Origin: an uncultured Gammaproteobacteria bacterium | Lineage (GTDB): Bacteria > Patescibacteriota > Patescibacteriia > Magasanikbacterales > GCA-002688135 | Assembly (NCBI GenBank): GCA_964536205.1 | Contig: CAZHVT010000004.1 | Coordinates: 17,960-81,959, forward strand | DNA: 64,000 nt | Direction: 5' to 3' | Shown: piece after piece, positions 60,152-64,000 of the stretch | How positions within the stretch are numbered: the stretch's first letter is position 1 | How the letters are laid out: every line of letters begins with the position of its first letter | Translations under genes and position numbers: made by a program | Notes under the pieces: model-generated | The model's input: only the letters and a program-made list of their open reading frames with translations | Told to the model about the DNA's origin: nothing | Database searches by the model: none

Positions 60152-60463
60152 ATGTTAGAACTCACAGACGACAATTTCAAAAAAGAGGCACTAGAAAGCG
60201 ACGTGCCAGTACTGGTAGATTTCTGGGCACCATGGTGTGGCCCATGCCAAAGAATGTTGCCAGTTATGGATGAGCTCGCAAAAGAGATGGAAGGTAAGCC
60301 AGTAAAAGTAGCCAAAATGAATGTAGATGAAAATCAAACAACGCCAGCAGAATACGGCATCCTCTCAATTCCAACCTTGATAGTATTCAAAGATGGAAAA
60401 GCCGCAGAAACACTCCAGGGCGCACAATCAATAGAACAACTCAAGACAGCGCTTGGGGTTTAG
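60152..60463 (+). CDS. trxA: thioredoxin
   Basis: WAPWCGPC, SIPT. Confidence 0.96.
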   Translation: MLELTDDNFKKEALESDVPVLVDFWAPWCGPCQRMLPVMDELAKEMEGKPVKVAKMNVDENQTTPAEYGILSIPTLIVFKDGKAAETLQGAQSIEQLKTALGV

Positions 60464-60585
60464 AAATCGAGAAATCGAAAAAACGAGAAAACCAGAAATC
60501 GAAAAATCGAAAAATCGAAAAAAATCCCGCAAGGGATTTTTAGCTTTCTCGTTTTCTCGTTTTCTCGATTTCTGGTTTCCTCGAA
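60462..60585. repeat. inverted AGAAATCG-type octamer repeat
   Basis: ~7 octamers, AATCCC-GCAA-GGGATT centre, complementary arm. Confidence 0.8.
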
Positions 60586-60586
60586 A

Positions 60587-61552
60587 TCATCCTCGCATCG
60601 AAACAAAAATGATATAGGCAAGATACAATACAAGAAGTTGTAATCCCTTTGTGGTGCCAAGCTTGAATCTTTTGCCATAAAACATCGCAACAAAAATCAA
60701 GATGCTAGCAAAAATCGCAAGGGCAAGGTCAGTTTGCAGGGTATGAGAAAATGCAAGTGGGGTGATAGTAGCTGTTGTTCCCAAAACAAAAAATACATTA
60801 AACAAATTCGATCCGATAACATTACCAACAGCCACATCAACCTTTCCTTTCTTGGCAGCAACAATCGACGTGACCAATTCAGGGAGCGATGTTCCGAGTG
60901 CTACGATGGTTACAGCGATAAACGCTTCTGAAAATCCGAGTTGTCCGGCGAGAAGGGTAGCGCTATCCACAGATAATTTTCCACCAATAATCAAACCGGC
61001 CAAACCTATCAATATCCACATGATTGAAGAGCCTAGTGGTTTTTTTACAACATGATCCGCACCATCTTCAGAAGTACCCAATCCAAATGTGTAATATAAA
61101 AAGATAATAAAAAAGCCGAGTAGTGCAATACCTTCAGATCGTCGAATCACACCTTCAGTGCCTCCGTCGATAAGCATATCATTGGCAAACACGCCCAACA
61201 AAATCATGGACAACAGCATGAAGGGGAGCTCTTTCCAAACCGTTCCATGTCGAATAGAGAGCGGCTTTGTTGCCACAATCGCTGTAACACCCAAAATCAA
61301 CAAAATATTTGAAAGGTTACTACCAATAACATTACCAATCGCAATATCTGCAGTTCCAGATAGCGCAGCAACCACACTCACTAACAACTCCGGTGCAGAC
61401 GTACCAAACGAAACAATCGTCAGTCCAATCACAAAATCAGACATTCCCCAGCGCGCAGCAAGAGAAGATGCACCATCAATAAGCCACTCCGCACCTTTAA
61501 TGAGTGCACCAAAACCGATAACAATCAGCAAAAGATAATACAATGAAAGCAT
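60587..61552 (-). CDS. calcium/sodium antiporter (YrbG-like)
   Basis: GTSAPE / GTSLPE and GNVIGSN repeats. Confidence 0.92.
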   Translation of the reverse strand: MLSLYYLLLIVIGFGALIKGAEWLIDGASSLAARWGMSDFVIGLTIVSFGTSAPELLVSVVAALSGTADIAIGNVIGSNLSNILLILGVTAIVATKPLSIRHGTVWKELPFMLLSMILLGVFANDMLIDGGTEGVIRRSEGIALLGFFIIFLYYTFGLGTSEDGADHVVKKPLGSSIMWILIGLAGLIIGGKLSVDSATLLAGQLGFSEAFIAVTIVALGTSLPELVTSIVAAKKGKVDVAVGNVIGSNLFNVFFVLGTTATITPLAFSHTLQTDLALAIFASILIFVAMFYGKRFKLGTTKGLQLLVLYLAYIIFVSMRG

Positions 61553-61662
61553 AGAAAAAAAGTATAGCAGAAAATCCAACTTGATTAAACATGCGCGTCT
61601 CGATACTATTGTGTACTTAAGCGAGAAACTAATCGCTAATCGCTAATCGCTAAACGCTCGCT

Positions 61663-61809
61663 ATGACACACATACAAAAACGTCGCCTACTGATTGCTGT
61701 TCTGGCAACAGTCGGGTCACTTCTCGCAATCACGATTTATGTGGACGGCGGCATATCACAAAAAGATATTGTACAAGCAGATCAACAAGAAGTTATACAA
61801 AACCCATAG
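61663..61809 (+). CDS. 48 aa single-TM protein
   Basis: MTHIQKRRLLIAVLATVGSLLAITIYV..; stop 1 nt before the leuS ATG. Confidence 0.45.
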   Translation: MTHIQKRRLLIAVLATVGSLLAITIYVDGGISQKDIVQADQQEVIQNP

Positions 61810-61810
61810 T

Positions 61811-64000
61811 ATGAAAGATTACAATCCAAAAGAAATCGAACCAAAGTGGCAAAAGCAATGGGAGGATGAAAAATTACACAGAGCGAAAACCGGCGATACA
61901 GCCGAGAAATTTTACTCACTCGAAACCTTTCCATATCCATCCGCAGTAGGTTTGCATGTCGGACATCCAGAAGGATACACAGCCGAAGATATCAATGCGC
62001 GCTATCAAAGAATGAACGGAAAAAATGTGTTGTACACGATGGGATGGGATGCGTTTGGATTGCCGACTGAAAACTACGCGATAAAAGTTGGAAAAAATCC
62101 TAAGGAAGTTGCGCTCGATAATATTGCAAATTTCAAGCGCCAATTGCAGATGTTTGGTTTTTCTTATGATTGGGATCGCGAACTAAACACTTCAGACCCT
62201 TCATATTACAAATGGACTCAATGGTTATTTTTGCAGTTGTATAAAAAAGATTTAGCATATCGAAAGCATGCGCCCGTGAACTGGTGTGAAAGTTGTAAGA
62301 CAGTTTTGGCGCGCGAGCAGGTAATCGAGGGGGCATGTGAGCGATGCAAAAATAATGTTGAACAAAAACCAATGGAGCAGTGGTTTTTCAAGATTACAAA
62401 TTATGCAGATGAATTGTTGGATGGAATTGAGGGATTGGATTGGATTGATGCAACAAAGGAAGGTCAGAGGAATTGGATAGGAAAGTCAATTGGCGCCGCA
62501 ATTGACTTTAGTGTCAAATGTCAAAATCCAAATGTCAAATGTCCGGTGATCGAAGTTTTTACGACAAGACCAGATACACTATTTGGAGCGACATATATGG
62601 TTTTGGCGCCTGAACATGAATTAGTCGATCAGTTGAAAGATCAAATTTCAAATTGGGATGAGATCGAAAAATATAGAAACGAAGCATCAAACAAAACAGA
62701 AATGGAACGCGTGCATTTGGATAAAGAAAAAACAGGAGTCGAATTAAAGGGTGTGGTGGCAATCAATCCAGCAAATCAAAAAGAAATTCCAGTATGGATT
62801 GCAGATTATGTCATGGCTTCATACGGAACAGGCGCAATCATGGCAGTCCCAGCGCACGATGAACGCGATTATGCATTTGCGAAAAAATTCGATCTGAACA
62901 TTGTGGAAGTTATCAGTTCAGATCAGGGCATTACAGAAAAGGCTTTTGTTGGTGATGGAACATTAATCAATTCAGATTTTTTAAATGACGAAGATGTAGA
63001 AGATGCAAAGAAGAAAATTATTGAATGGTTGGGGAAAGAAAAGATCGGAAAAGCTGCAGTAACATATCGTCTGCGTGATTGGCTTGTTTCGCGACAGCGA
63101 TATTGGGGAGCCCCAATTCCAATTATTTGGTGTGAGAAATGTGGAGATGTTCCTGTCCCAGAAAAAGATTTGCCAGTGTTACTTCCAGATGATGTAGATT
63201 TTAATCCAACAGGCGAGCCGCCACTAGCATCCTCAAAAGAATTTCAAAATGTTGAGTGTCCGGAATGTGGTGGATCTGCACGACGCGATTATGAAACAAT
63301 GGATACATTCGTAGATTCAAGTTGGTATTTTTTACGATACTGTTCACCGCATGAGGAATCTGCGCCATTTAACAAAAAGGATGTCGAATATTGGATGCCC
63401 ACAGATTTGTATGTGATCGGAGCAGAACATATCGCACTACATTTATTGTATGCTCGATTTTTTTGCAAAGCTTTTGCTGATTTGGGATTGATTGATATTC
63501 GCGAGCCATTCCAAAAAATCCGACATCAAGGAATGATCATGGGAGAAGATAATCAAAAAATGTCTAAGTCTCGCGGAAATGTTGTCAATCCAGATGAAGT
63601 GATTGAAAAATATGGAGCTGATACTATGCGCATGTATGAAATGTTCATGGGGCCTTTGGCTGATTCAAAGCCGTGGTCAACAGACTCAATGAAAGGCATC
63701 AGCAGATTTTTAGAGAAGATGTGGAAATTGCAAAAGAAAGTTACAGAGCAAAAAAACGATGAATATCAAAAAGTCCTCCATCAAACCATCAAAAAAGTAA
63801 CAGAAGATATTGAATTAATGCACTACAACACAGCCATCGCTCAAATGATGATTTTGAGTAATGTGTTACACAAAGTTGAAAACATCGCGAAAGAAGATTG
63901 GGAAATGATTTTAAAAATCCTACATCCATTCGCTCCACATATCACAGAGGAATTATGGCATGTTGATCATGACACATTCATCATGACAGAATCCTGGCCT
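61811..64000 (+). CDS. leuS: leucine-tRNA ligase (3'-truncated by window)
   Basis: Translated by hand: IEPKWQ, FPYPS..LHVGH, GWDAFGLP.EN, FTTRPDT, KMSKSRGN. Confidence 0.97.
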   Translation, partial: MKDYNPKEIEPKWQKQWEDEKLHRAKTGDTAEKFYSLETFPYPSAVGLHVGHPEGYTAEDINARYQRMNGKNVLYTMGWDAFGLPTENYAIKVGKNPKEVALDNIANFKRQLQMFGFSYDWDRELNTSDPSYYKWTQWLFLQLYKKDLAYRKHAPVNWCESCKTVLAREQVIEGACERCKNNVEQKPMEQWFFKITNYADELLDGIEGLDWIDATKEGQRNWIGKSIGAAIDFSVKCQNPNVKCPVIEVFTTRPDTLFGATYMVLAPEHELVDQLKDQISNWDEIEKYRNEASNKTEMERVHLDKEKTGVELKGVVAINPANQKEIPVWIADYVMASYGTGAIMAVPAHDERDYAFAKKFDLNIVEVISSDQGITEKAFVGDGTLINSDFLNDEDVEDAKKKIIEWLGKEKIGKAAVTYRLRDWLVSRQRYWGAPIPIIWCEKCGDVPVPEKDLPVLLPDDVDFNPTGEPPLASSKEFQNVECPECGGSARRDYETMDTFVDSSWYFLRYCSPHEESAPFNKKDVEYWMPTDLYVIGAEHIALHLLYARFFCKAFADLGLIDIREPFQKIRHQGMIMGEDNQKMSKSRGNVVNPDEVIEKYGADTMRMYEMFMGPLADSKPWSTDSMKGISRFLEKMWKLQKKVTEQKNDEYQKVLHQTIKKVTEDIELMHYNTAIAQMMILSNVLHKVENIAKEDWEMILKILHPFAPHITEELWHVDHDTFIMTESWP

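Overview
Chromosomal segment of a CPR/Patescibacteria-type bacterium. This is inferred from the lack of rpmD/L30 in the spc operon, AT-rich Shine-Dalgarno(SD)-less leaders on core genes and compact genes. TGA is used as a stop, so the code is standard table 11. 1.4-20 kb is the str-S10-spc cluster (rpsL to secY, adk, map). Housekeeping genes follow (ruvX, recO, asnS, aspS, scpAB, parAB, rel, topA, dprA, pth, der, hup, ymdB, rny, truB, infB, trxA, partial leuS), with three tRNAs. The most striking accessory locus is a ~2.65 kb transcription unit at 28954-31621, running from a consensus sigma70 promoter to a terminator beside a tRNA(CAU) 3' end. It carries 8 small SD-led ORFs, six copies of a covarying structured motif (hairpin + TCYAAMT-stem-loop-YGAGGA) and 4-5 H-type pseudoknots abutting the SDs. 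Also notable: a likely orphan diversity-generating retroelement (DGR) target gene between secY and adk, an orphan Phd-like gene just before tuf, an atypical initiator tRNA, and several inverted 7/8-mer repeat and long-hairpin families, some lying in-frame inside essential genes. All calls are by eye; no searches were run.
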